DNA from: an uncultured Asticcacaulis sp.
Lineage (GTDB): Bacteria; Pseudomonadota; Alphaproteobacteria; Caulobacterales; Caulobacteraceae
Length of the DNA stretch: 64,000 nt
Direction: 5' to 3'
Assembly: GCA_936940865.1 (NCBI GenBank)
Contig: CAKZJB010000081.1
Location: 6,899 to 70,898, forward strand
Shown here piece after piece: positions 27,824 to 36,145 of the stretch. Position 1 is the first letter of the stretch, and every line of letters starts with the position of its first letter. The position numbers and the translations under genes are program-made. The notes below the pieces were generated by a model. That model worked only from the letters and a program-made list of their open reading frames with translations, made no database searches and had not been told where the DNA came from.

Positions 27824-28654
27824 TTACTTGAACAGCGCCAGGATCTGCTGCGGCGACTGGTTGGCGATCGACAACGACTGGGTGCCAAGTTGCTGCTGCA
27901 CCTGCAAGGCCTGCAGCTTGGAGCTTTCCACCGCCATGTCGGCGTCGACCAGGTTACCGATACCGCCGGTGATGGCGTCGGTCAGCTTGTCCACGAAACT
28001 CAGGTGTCCTTCGATCTGCTTGGCCTGCGACCCCAGGGCGCCCAGGCTGGCGTTCAGGTTGAGGATCGAGGTGTCGACCTGGCTGAGAATCTGTGACGCG
28101 ATTGTCGGCGTGGACAAGGCCGACTGCGACGTCACAGTCAGGATCGGCCCGCCCAACGACATGGTGCGCACGCTCAGCGTAATGACCGAGTTGGCGTCGG
28201 CGTTTGCGATGAACTGGATGTTTGTCGCCAGCGAGCCGTTGAGGATGTTCGAGCCGTTGAAGGTGGCGTTTTCGACAATGTGCTGGATCTGCCCCAGGAT
28301 CGACTGGAAGTCGCCGTTCAGCGCGTTGCGCGACGTGGTGTCGATCGACGTATCCATTGCGCCGACGACCTTTTCGCGCAACTGGTTCATCAGGTCGGAC
28401 ACGGATTCGCCCGCCGCCATGGAAACGTCGGCGATGGAGGATGCACGATGCAGACTGTCCTTAACGGCGTTCAGACCACCAAGGTCCGCCCTTTGTCCCT
28501 GGGCGATGGCATAGACCGAAGCATTGTCCTTGGCAGTCGACACGGCCAGGCCGGTAGAAATCTTCTGCTGAACGTCTTCGAGTTGCTTGTTCGACGCATT
28601 CAAATTCTGAAGCGCGATCATAGCGGACGTATTCGTGTGAATGCTTACGGACAT
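27824..28654 (-). CDS. Flagellin (Caulobacter-type, about 28 kDa)
   Basis: MSVSIHTNTSAMIALQNLN...QQILALFK with conserved flagellin N and C termini. GGAGG RBS before ATG 28654. Confidence 0.9.
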   Translation of the reverse strand: MSVSIHTNTSAMIALQNLNASNKQLEDVQQKISTGLAVSTAKDNASVYAIAQGQRADLGGLNAVKDSLHRASSIADVSMAAGESVSDLMNQLREKVVGAMDTSIDTTSRNALNGDFQSILGQIQHIVENATFNGSNILNGSLATNIQFIANADANSVITLSVRTMSLGGPILTVTSQSALSTPTIASQILSQVDTSILNLNASLGALGSQAKQIEGHLSFVDKLTDAITGGIGNLVDADMAVESSKLQALQVQQQLGTQSLSIANQSPQQILALFK

Positions 28655-28797
28655 TGCCCGTATAACCTCCATTTTGGACGACTCACTCGAGTCTTAACCA
28701 ATATGGTAAGCAAAAGGTTAACGGACGCAAACGCCTTTTGCCGCGCATTAACCATGCGCGGTGGACAATTTGCCGGGCAGAGTTTTAGAGTCTGGCT

Positions 28798-29145
28798 CTA
28801 AACGTCTGTTTTAATTACAGATCCCGCCTGATACTCGCTGGAATTTCTCATGTCGAGAAGCTCCTGCCGCGGTAACTGTTTAACCACTTCGCCCGTGTAC
28901 CGGTCGATGGCCTTGTAGATCCACTCGCCCGACTTGGGGTCCTTGTCGACGGTCAGGCGCAGTTGATAATCGGGAATCGATTCCCTCGAGCCTTGACCAC
29001 CACCGCCGAGATCGCTGTGATCGCCAGCATCCCTGGATTTACCACTGCCTTCCGCAGCCGAGATTTCCTTCGGTGCTTCCGTCTTGGTGGGACGGATGTA
29101 CGCCGGATCTGGAGTCTGCGGAAAATTCACGACATTATTGATCAT
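28798..29145 (-). CDS. flaG: FlaG-family flagellar protein
   Basis: 115 aa. The C-terminal LRLTVDKDPKSGEWIYKAIDRYTGEVVKQLPRQELLD matches the FlaG family core. Confidence 0.7.
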   Translation of the reverse strand: MINNVVNFPQTPDPAYIRPTKTEAPKEISAAEGSGKSRDAGDHSDLGGGGQGSRESIPDYQLRLTVDKDPKSGEWIYKAIDRYTGEVVKQLPRQELLDMRNSSEYQAGSVIKTDV

Positions 29146-29238
29146 CTCCGTTTTGCGCCCGGCTTTGGGGAGACACCGGAACGCCCTCTGCTAATAAGAC
29201 GGAAAGGACGGCGCCGAGGCGCCGCCCCTCGCCGCCGG

Positions 29239-30066
29239 TTAACGGAACAGGCTGAGCACTGTTCCCGTCGATTGGTTCGCGATCGACAACGCCTGAACGC
29301 CCAGCTGCTGCTTGGTCTGCAGCGACTGGAGCTTGGCGCTTTCCTTGGCCATGTCGGCGTCGACCAGGTTGCCGATACCGGCCTGGATCGAGTCCTGGAG
29401 CTTGCCGACGAACGACAGGTGGTTGTCCAGGGCCTTCGACGAGGTGCCGAGGCTGGCCAGGGCCGAGGACACGTTGCTGATCGACGAGTCGATGGTGGTC
29501 AGAAGCGCCGCGGCCGAGGTCGCGGTCGAGAAGCCGGCCGCCGCCGTCAGGGTCACGATCGAGCCGCCCAGGGACATATCCTGTCCGTTGACCGTGATCT
29601 TGCCCGAGCCGTCGGCATTAGCCAGCGCGGTAATGTTGGCCTTTGAGCCGTCGACCAGGTTGATACCGTTGAACGTGGCGTTCGCCAGCGTCTTGGTGAT
29701 CTGGTCGCGAATCGAGGTGAAGTCGGAGTTCAGGGCCGCGCGCGACGTGGTGTCGAGCGAGGTATCCGAAGCCGCGAGCGCCTTTTCCTTCAGCTGGGTC
29801 AGCATGTCGGAGACCGAAGAGCCGGCGGACATGGCGACGTCGACAACCGAGGTGCCACGCGACAGCGAGTCCTTGACGGCGTCGAGCGACGAAACGGTGG
29901 CGCGCTGGGTTTGGGCGATGGCGTAGGCAGCACCGTCGTCCTTGGCATTGGCGACCTTCAAACCCGTCGAAATGCGGGTCTGGGTGCTCATCAATTCGGA
30001 CGAGGTGGCATTGAGGTTTTGCAGGGCGACCATCGCCCCGACGTTGGTATTAACCGAAGAAGACAT
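29239..30066 (-). CDS. Flagellin
   Basis: [19 protein letters not shown]...GTVLSLFR. Start at ATG 30066 with AAGGA upstream. Confidence 0.9.
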   Translation of the reverse strand: MSSSVNTNVGAMVALQNLNATSSELMSTQTRISTGLKVANAKDDGAAYAIAQTQRATVSSLDAVKDSLSRGTSVVDVAMSAGSSVSDMLTQLKEKALAASDTSLDTTSRAALNSDFTSIRDQITKTLANATFNGINLVDGSKANITALANADGSGKITVNGQDMSLGGSIVTLTAAAGFSTATSAAALLTTIDSSISNVSSALASLGTSSKALDNHLSFVGKLQDSIQAGIGNLVDADMAKESAKLQSLQTKQQLGVQALSIANQSTGTVLSLFR

Positions 30067-30141
30067 TTCGTCTTGATCCTTCATTCTTGAAAATCCGGTG
30101 ACATTTTGTCGACCGGCGGCATTTTGCCTGCGCACGAAACT

Positions 30142-30156
30142 GCAAACCCGGGGCCA
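30142..30156 (-). promoter_or_regulatory. Sigma54 (-24/-12) promoter
   Basis: Minus strand TGGCCC-CGGGT-TTGCA fits TGGCAC-N5-TTGCW exactly in spacing. It lies about 75 nt upstream of ATG 30066. Confidence 0.6.
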
Positions 30157-30229
30157 GAACGGCCGCCGATGAAAGATGGTACAAAGTTTTGATTATTTTG
30201 ATTTTAACCCGCGATTAACCACATCGCGA

Positions 30230-30298
30230 CCCGGCAATTTTTGCCGGGAGCGGAGGCGATCCCGGCAAATATTTCCAGGCCGGGCAAAAATTGCCGCG
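30230..30298. promoter_or_regulatory. Cluster of ftr-like (FlbD/NtrC-type enhancer) dyads
   Basis: A perfect dyad CCCGGCA-ATTTT-TGCCGGG (30230-30248) plus CCCGGCAAATATTTCCAGG (30261-30279) and CCGGGCAAAAATTGCCGCG (30280-30298). They lie 75-155 bp upstream of the sigma54 promoter. Confidence 0.5.
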
Positions 30299-30340
30299 CA
30301 AACCACGGCCCAAATGCGCATCCGGGCCGATTTTCGAATG

Positions 30341-30376
30341 CAAAAAACCGCCCCGTGCCAAGGGCACGGGAGCGGC
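30341..30376 (-). terminator. Rho-independent terminator after the first flagellin gene
   Basis: Minus strand CCGCTCCCGTGCC-CTTG-GCACGGGGCGG followed by TTTTTT. Confidence 0.65.
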
Positions 30377-30486
30377 GCCAAAAGAATGGGTGACCGGGTT
30401 CGGGGCCAATATCCCCTCCCCCGGCCTCGCTGGTCGCGTCTCGCCTCCAGTTTACACGGTCGCGACGTTTTCACGTCGCTCCGGGC

Positions 30487-31317
30487 TTACTTGAACAGGC
30501 TCAATGTCATCTGCGGCGCCTGGTTGGCGATCGAGAGCGCCTGGACCCCCAGCTGCTGCTTGGTCTGCAGCGCCTGGAGCTTGGCACTTTCCTTGGCCAT
30601 GTCGGCGTCGACCAGATTGCCGATACCGGCGGTGATCGAGTCCTGCAGCTTGCCGATGAAGCTCATGTGCGCCGCCAGCGACTTCGACGACGTACCGAAC
30701 TGGGCGAGAGAACTGGAGACGTTGGTGATCGAGGAATCGATCGTCGTCAGCAGCGCGCTGGCCGAAGTGGCGGTCGTAAAGCCGGCCGCAGCCGAAAGGG
30801 TCACGATCGAGCCGCCGAGGCTCAGGTTCTGAGCGTTGACGGTCAGGTTCTGCGAGCCCTGGGCGTTGGCCAGGACAGTCAGCACGGTCAGACTGCCGTT
30901 GATCAGATTGATACCGTTGAACGTCGCATTGCTGATCGTCTTGGTGATCTGATCGCGCAGGGCCTGAAAATCGACATTCAGGGCCGTACGGCTGGTCGTA
31001 TCGAGCGAAGTGTCCGAAGCGGCGAGAGCCTTCTCCTTCATCTGCGTAAGCATGTCCGAGATGCTCTCCCCCGCAGACATGGCGACGTCGACGGATGAGG
31101 TACCCCGGTTGAGCGAGTCCTTCACGGCATCCAGCGACGAAACCGTGGAGCGTTGGGTCTGCGCGATCGCGTAGGCCGCACCGTCATCCTTGGCGCTGGC
31201 CACCTTCAAACCGGTGGAGATCCGGTTCTGGGTGTCCTGCAGCATCGTGCTGGTTGCATTCAGGTTTTGAAGCGCGACCATCGCGCCCACGTTGGTGTTA
31301 ACCGAAACGTTCGACAT
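30487..31317 (-). CDS. Flagellin
   Basis: [20 protein letters not shown]...QMTLSLFK. Start at ATG 31317 with AAGGAA upstream. Confidence 0.9.
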   Translation of the reverse strand: MSNVSVNTNVGAMVALQNLNATSTMLQDTQNRISTGLKVASAKDDGAAYAIAQTQRSTVSSLDAVKDSLNRGTSSVDVAMSAGESISDMLTQMKEKALAASDTSLDTTSRTALNVDFQALRDQITKTISNATFNGINLINGSLTVLTVLANAQGSQNLTVNAQNLSLGGSIVTLSAAAGFTTATSASALLTTIDSSITNVSSSLAQFGTSSKSLAAHMSFIGKLQDSITAGIGNLVDADMAKESAKLQALQTKQQLGVQALSIANQAPQMTLSLFK

Positions 31318-31394
31318 TCGGTGGTTCCTTTCCATTCTGGACGGGGATTTGAACGGCTTTTGCCGCAAGGCCATTTTGGCCTGCCCATGCAAGA

Positions 31395-31409
31395 GCAAGC
31401 GCCAGGCCA
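31395..31409 (-). promoter_or_regulatory. Sigma54 (-24/-12) promoter
   Basis: Minus strand TGGCCT-GGCGC-TTGCT, about 78 nt upstream of ATG 31317. Confidence 0.6.
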
Positions 31410-31515
31410 ACCCAGCCGCCCGTCAGAAAAAATTTACCACGTTGATTAACCTTGATTTTTTACGTTTGCCTTCGTGAAGAATCGGCGCAACCGCTTGATC
31501 CGGCTCAACAAAAGG

Positions 31516-31534
31516 ACCGGCAATTTGTGCCCGG
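31516..31534. promoter_or_regulatory. ftr-like dyad
   Basis: ACCGGCA-ATTTG-TGCCCGG, about 110 bp upstream of the sigma54 promoter at 31395-31409. Confidence 0.4.
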
Positions 31535-31626
31535 CGGGCAATTTCAGCCGCCGCCTTCACGCCGCCGGACAACAAAAAAAAAGCCCGGACGTTTCCGTCC
31601 GGGCTTCCTCTATTCCTGAATGGCGA

Positions 31627-32037
31627 TCAGACTGCCGACGGGCGGAACGGCGCCGCTCCCCCCGAAGCGACCGTGTCTTCCTGGGCGCCCTGCGGAGCCA
31701 GGCCCTGCATGATGATGCGGTTGATCTCGATCAGCGGCCCAATCTCTTCGTTGCCGCGCATGACCAGCGAGGTATGCTTGTTAACCCAGATCGACAGCGA
31801 AATGATGTTGGCGCGGACCTGGACCGGCAGGCCGTTGCCTTCCACCGAGCAATCGGCCGCCAGGACCGACCACATGCGGCGGTTCCAGTCGAGCGCCTCC
31901 ATGCGTTCGGCGATCTTGGACCTGTCCATCTTTTCCGCGTCCAGCAGCGCGCGGGTCACCTGTCCAAACAGGCGATACTCGGTCTGGCGCGGGTTCTCGG
32001 CGCGGGCCGCGGTATTTTGATACGCCTTGAGCGACAT
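31627..32037 (-). CDS. flaF: Flagellar biosynthesis regulator FlaF
   Basis: [32 protein letters not shown]... is a typical FlaF N-terminus. GGAG RBS. It lies 3 nt downstream of the flbT stop. Confidence 0.85.
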   Translation of the reverse strand: MSLKAYQNTAARAENPRQTEYRLFGQVTRALLDAEKMDRSKIAERMEALDWNRRMWSVLAADCSVEGNGLPVQVRANIISLSIWVNKHTSLVMRGNEEIGPLIEINRIIMQGLAPQGAQEDTVASGGAAPFRPSAV

Positions 32038-32039
32038 GG

Positions 32040-32436
32040 TTACTCCGGTTTCCTTCCGAGCCGTTCATCTTCATAGTCGATAAGCTTGCGGCAGCCCATC
32101 AGCGCCTTGTAGTATTCCTTGATCATGATGCCCTTCGAGATGCCGACGCATTCGGCAAGGACAGCGGGATTTGATATCGCGCTCATGAATTCGGTCATGC
32201 GGCGCAGGAATTCGTCGTAATATTTGTCGGCCCCGGCTTCATCCAGGTACATCATCATCACGGGGAAGTAGACGTGACGCGCCGGGGAATCGACGTCCTC
32301 GGCCTGCATGATGTCCTTCTCGCGGGACCGATGCCTTGTTCTGCAGCACCAGCGAACAGCGGCGATCGCCATTCTGAACTACGGCTCCGTTGAGGACGAA
32401 CCTCTCTCCGGGCTTGAGCGACAGTTTCAAAGGCAT
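32040..32436 (-). pseudogene. flbT: flbT (flagellin translational repressor) interrupted by a frameshift
   Basis: MPLKLSLKPGERFVLNGAVVQNGDRRCSLVLQNKASV (from ATG 32436) continues in another frame as EKDIMQAEDVDSPARHVYFPVMMMYLDE...[11 protein letters not shown]. The frames switch near plus coordinates 32321-32327. Confidence 0.75.
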
Positions 32437-32604
32437 TGGTTTTCCTTCATGTTTCCGGCCGCATTCAGTCTCTGGCGAGGGTACGCAGGACGGAAACCGT
32501 TGCCTTACGTATAACCCGCCGCAAGTTAACACCAGGTTTTCGGCGCCGCGAATTCGCGTGCACGGCCCACCGTCTGCCCATAAAGGTTAATCCACGCATT
32601 TCGA

Positions 32605-32619
32605 TTAAGGGAGTCTTAA
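32605..32619. promoter_or_regulatory. CtrA-type box TTAA-N7-TTAA containing a GANTC (CcrM) site
   Basis: TTAAGGGAGTCTTAA read directly in the flbT | flbA-like divergent intergenic region. Confidence 0.45.
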
Positions 32620-32666
32620 GCGGCGCAATTGTTAACAAAAAGAGTTTAGACGCCATACCGATAGCC

Positions 32667-34319
32667 ATGAGTCTTTCGCTCGCCCCGCCCGTTCCTTCCT
32701 CCGCCGCGCCTCTGGCCGAGGCCCTGGCGTGCTTGCGGGCCGGGAATTGGCAGGGCGCATCGGAAGCCGCCCTCGCCGCCTTGCAGGCCGACGACCGGCT
32801 GGGAGCGGCCTGGCATGCGCTCGCCGCGGCGCGCGAACGCCTGGGCGACCTCGACACCGCCTTTACCTGCTATCAGAACGCCCTGAAGCTGGCGCCGGGC
32901 GATGCCATCGTCGCTACGGACCTCGGCCGGCTGGCCTATCGCACCGGTCATCTCGACCTCGCCGAAAAATTCTTCGCCTACGTCCTGTCCCTGCGGCCGG
33001 CGGATGCCGACGCGGCTTCGGCATTGGCCAGCGTCCTGCGCGACCAGGGCCGTCTCGACGAAGCCGGCGGCGTTCTCAAGCGCGCGATCGAAACACACGG
33101 AGACGATGCGGCCCTGTGGAACGGCCTGGGCACGGTCCTCGACGCGCGCGGCGACGCCGACGCGGCTTCCGTCGCCTATGCCGAAGCCCTGCGTCTTTTT
33201 CCGGGTCATGCGCATGCCCTCAACAATCTCGGCCACAATCTGATCTTCCGCGGCCACATAGCCCAGGGCCGCGACTGCCTGATCCAGGCCTTGCCGGGCC
33301 TGGGCGGCCCCGACAATATCCGCACCTGTTCGCTGGGCATCGCCCACGCCTGTTTCAGCCTGGGCGACCTCGAAGCCGGCTGGCAATGGTACAAGGCGCG
33401 CGAGACCAAGGGCACGACGGAAAGTCTCGAATACGATATCACCTGCCCGCGTTACGACGATGGTCCATTGACCGGCAAACGGCTATTCGTCTCGGCCGAA
33501 CAGGGTCTGGGCGACGAGATCATGTTCGCCGGCATCCTGCCGGACCTGCTGGCGGACGTCGGGCCACAGGGCCACGTCACGATCGGCGTGGAACCAAGGC
33601 TGGTCCCGCTGTTCGCGCGGTCCTTTCCGCACTGTTCGGTGACCCGACACCATACCACGCGTCTGACGATCGGCCCGGCCCGGTTGTTTCCGGAGATCAA
33701 GGACTGGTCGCCGTACGACGCCTGGGCGGTCATGGGCCAGTTCCTGCCGCGCTATCGCCCGACGGTCGCGGGGTTCGATCGGCCGACGTTCCTGAAAGCC
33801 GATCCCGAGCGCCTGGCCTGGTCGACGGCGCAACTGGCCGAACTGAACGACCGGCCGAAGATCGGTGTCCTGTGGAAATCGCGGGCCCGGCATTCACGCC
33901 GCGACCGCTACTACGCGCCCTTCGACCAGTGGCAAACGGTCCTGTCGGTCCCGGGCGTACAGTTCGTCAACCTGCAATACGGCGACACGGCCGAAGAGCT
34001 GGAACAGGCGCGCGCGATGGGCCTCGATATCTGGACGCCGCCCGGTATCGACCTGATGCACGATCTCGATGACCTGGCGGCGCTGACCGCCGCGCTCGAC
34101 TGCGTGCTGGGTCCGGCCAACGCCACCAGCAATATCGCGGGCGCCGTCGGCACCGAGATCTGGATCGTCTCGCCGGCCCACGCCTGGAACAGCCTCGGCA
34201 CCGACCGCTTCCCCTGGTATCCCAAGTCGAAAGTCTTCTTCTCGGCGTCCATGACCGACTGGAAGGAGGTCATGGGCGAAGTTAGGGCGGCTATGACGGA
34301 GCGGTTTGCGCCAGAATAA
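32667..34319 (+). CDS. TPR protein with a C-terminal GT9-like glycosyltransferase-fold domain (FlbA-like by position)
   Basis: N-terminal TPRs (AWHALAAARERLGDLDTAFTCYQNALKLAPGD...). C-terminal LFVSAEQGLGDEIMFAGILPDL...IGVLWKS...VQFVNLQYGD resembles TPR-GT9-like proteins (recollection). It is divergent from flbT. The start is uncertain. Confidence 0.6.
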   Translation: MSLSLAPPVPSSAAPLAEALACLRAGNWQGASEAALAALQADDRLGAAWHALAAARERLGDLDTAFTCYQNALKLAPGDAIVATDLGRLAYRTGHLDLAEKFFAYVLSLRPADADAASALASVLRDQGRLDEAGGVLKRAIETHGDDAALWNGLGTVLDARGDADAASVAYAEALRLFPGHAHALNNLGHNLIFRGHIAQGRDCLIQALPGLGGPDNIRTCSLGIAHACFSLGDLEAGWQWYKARETKGTTESLEYDITCPRYDDGPLTGKRLFVSAEQGLGDEIMFAGILPDLLADVGPQGHVTIGVEPRLVPLFARSFPHCSVTRHHTTRLTIGPARLFPEIKDWSPYDAWAVMGQFLPRYRPTVAGFDRPTFLKADPERLAWSTAQLAELNDRPKIGVLWKSRARHSRRDRYYAPFDQWQTVLSVPGVQFVNLQYGDTAEELEQARAMGLDIWTPPGIDLMHDLDDLAALTAALDCVLGPANATSNIAGAVGTEIWIVSPAHAWNSLGTDRFPWYPKSKVFFSASMTDWKEVMGEVRAAMTERFAPE

Positions 34320-34328
34320 GTAAGTGAA

Positions 34329-34539
34329 ATCCACAGATTACACAGATTTCACAGATTAGATTTTTGCCACGGATGACACGGATGGGCGCTGCGCGCCAAC
34401 ACGGATAAGAAACGCGCGAAGCGCTCTATATTTCCATTTTCACAGACAGTGTTTCCGGCTCGGATATCCGTGCCGCCGCGAAGCGGCGATCCGTGTCATC
34501 CGTGGTTAAACCCTTAAAAAATCTGTGTAATCTGTGGAT
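34329..34539. repeat. Nested MITE-like element: a CACAGAT-type element enclosing a CACGGAT-type element
   Basis: Outer perfect 19-bp TIRs are ATCCACAGATTACACAGAT (34329-34347) and its reverse complement (34521-34539). Inner perfect 17-bp TIRs are CCACGGATGACACGGAT (34367-34383) and its reverse complement (34489-34505). Confidence 0.75.
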
Positions 34540-34551
34540 TCCCCTTACCGA

Positions 34552-35373
34552 TCAGTGCGCCATGTACAAATTCAGGCCGGTATTCTGCAGCAGATACCGC
34601 GTCGTTCCCCCGAAAGCGAATTCGCGGATGCGCGACCGGCCATAGGCGCCGGCGACCATATAGTCGGCGCCGTGGCGGTCCGCCGCCTCGACCAGGGTCG
34701 TATGGATCTCGCCCTTTTGCAGTACGTCGACCTCGGCCGCGATGCCGTGCGCCGCGTAATAGGCTGCAAGGCGGTCGAGCTTCGGCGGATTGTCGCCCAC
34801 GGGCGCCCCGATCACCACCACTTTCGACGCCTTTTTCAGGATGGCCACGGCGCGGCGGGCGGCGCGCGACGACGGCTCCTTGCCGTCCCAGGCGACCACG
34901 GCCGTCCCCGTGATTTCAAAAGGCTTGCGCGCGACGAAGACCCCGGCGCGCTCTTCCATCAGCACCTGCTGAAAAGCTTCGGCCAGCATGCCCTGCCCCT
35001 TGGCGCTGTTTTCGCCGAACACGACCAGGTCCGACAGCCGCGTCTCCGCCGCCAGGTCCTGCCATACCGGCGATTCCAATGCGGAAAACGTCTTGTGACC
35101 ATAGGCCACCGCCGCAAAGTGCGAGCGTGCCGTCAATTCGGATTCTTCCGTCGCGGCCTTAAGGCTGTCGAGCGTCGACATCTGGACCGTGCCCATGAAG
35201 CCTTCGCCCAGCCAGGGCGACAGTTCGGCCGGGTCGGGCGGCGCGAACAGGACATTCAATTCGGCTTCGAACGCTTCAGCGATCGTGGCGGCGATCTGCA
35301 GCGTCTTGACCTCGCTGGCCGCGCCACTGACCGGAATGGTGATCCGCGACCACGCCTGCCCCTTGTTCGCCAT
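34552..35373 (-). CDS. Tandem-domain universal stress protein
   Basis: Two UspA domains. The C-terminal GADYMVAGAYGRSRIREFAFGGTTRYLL is the Usp ATP-binding motif. Start at ATG 35373 with GGAGG upstream. Confidence 0.8.
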   Translation of the reverse strand: MANKGQAWSRITIPVSGAASEVKTLQIAATIAEAFEAELNVLFAPPDPAELSPWLGEGFMGTVQMSTLDSLKAATEESELTARSHFAAVAYGHKTFSALESPVWQDLAAETRLSDLVVFGENSAKGQGMLAEAFQQVLMEERAGVFVARKPFEITGTAVVAWDGKEPSSRAARRAVAILKKASKVVVIGAPVGDNPPKLDRLAAYYAAHGIAAEVDVLQKGEIHTTLVEAADRHGADYMVAGAYGRSRIREFAFGGTTRYLLQNTGLNLYMAH

Positions 35374-35510
35374 CCTCGCCTCCATCATTTCAGGCCACTT
35401 ACGCTTATTGTGCACAGTTTGCGATTCGCGTAAGCCTTCGGCCTTTGCCTCAAATGAATTATACAGCCATATCGGTAAAATCCCGATGTGACATTTGGCT
35501 TATTCGTACC

Positions 35511-36143
35511 ATGCCCCCTGCCCGCCCCGTTTCCAAACCTGCCGCAAAAGCCCAGCCGCCGCGCGCCTGGCAGCGCATGCTGTCGGGCCGGCGCCTCGAC
35601 CTGCTCGACCCGCACGCCATCGACATCGAGATCGAGGACATTGCGCTGGGCCTGTCGCGCGTGGCCCGCTGGAACGGCCAGACCATCGGTGAACACGGCT
35701 TCAGCGTCGCCCAGCACTGCCTGGTCGTCGAGGACATCTGCGCCCACATCAAGCCCGACATCACGCCCGCTGAAAGGCTGATGGCGGTTCTGCACGACGC
35801 CCCGGAATACGTGATCGGCGACATGATTTCGCCGTTCAAGGCCGCGCTGGGCCTCGACTACAAGCGCTTCGAGGCCCATCTCGAACAGGCCATCCATATC
35901 CGCTTCGGCCTGCCGCCCCTGATGCCGGCAGCGCTGAAAACCCTGATCAAGCGCGCCGACCACGCCTGCGCCTATTTCGAGGCCACGCAACTGGTCGGCT
36001 TCAGCGAAAGCGAGGCGCGGCAGTTTTTCGGCGAGCCGCCCGATGGCTATCAACTGATCATCACCCCCTTGCCGCCGCGCGACGCGCATACGGCGTTCGT
36101 CGCCCGCGTCGAAGCCCTGCTCAAGCAGATGTCGGGGAAATAA
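35511..36143 (+). CDS. HD-domain phosphohydrolase (YfbR-like)
   Basis: RAWQRMLSGRRLDLLDP...IALGLSRVARWNGQT...SVAQHCL...VLHDAPEYVIGDMISPFK has the H...HD...D pattern. The start is uncertain; the track start is a TTG. Confidence 0.7.
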   Translation: MPPARPVSKPAAKAQPPRAWQRMLSGRRLDLLDPHAIDIEIEDIALGLSRVARWNGQTIGEHGFSVAQHCLVVEDICAHIKPDITPAERLMAVLHDAPEYVIGDMISPFKAALGLDYKRFEAHLEQAIHIRFGLPPLMPAALKTLIKRADHACAYFEATQLVGFSESEARQFFGEPPDGYQLIITPLPPRDAHTAFVARVEALLKQMSGK

Positions 36144-36145
36144 CC

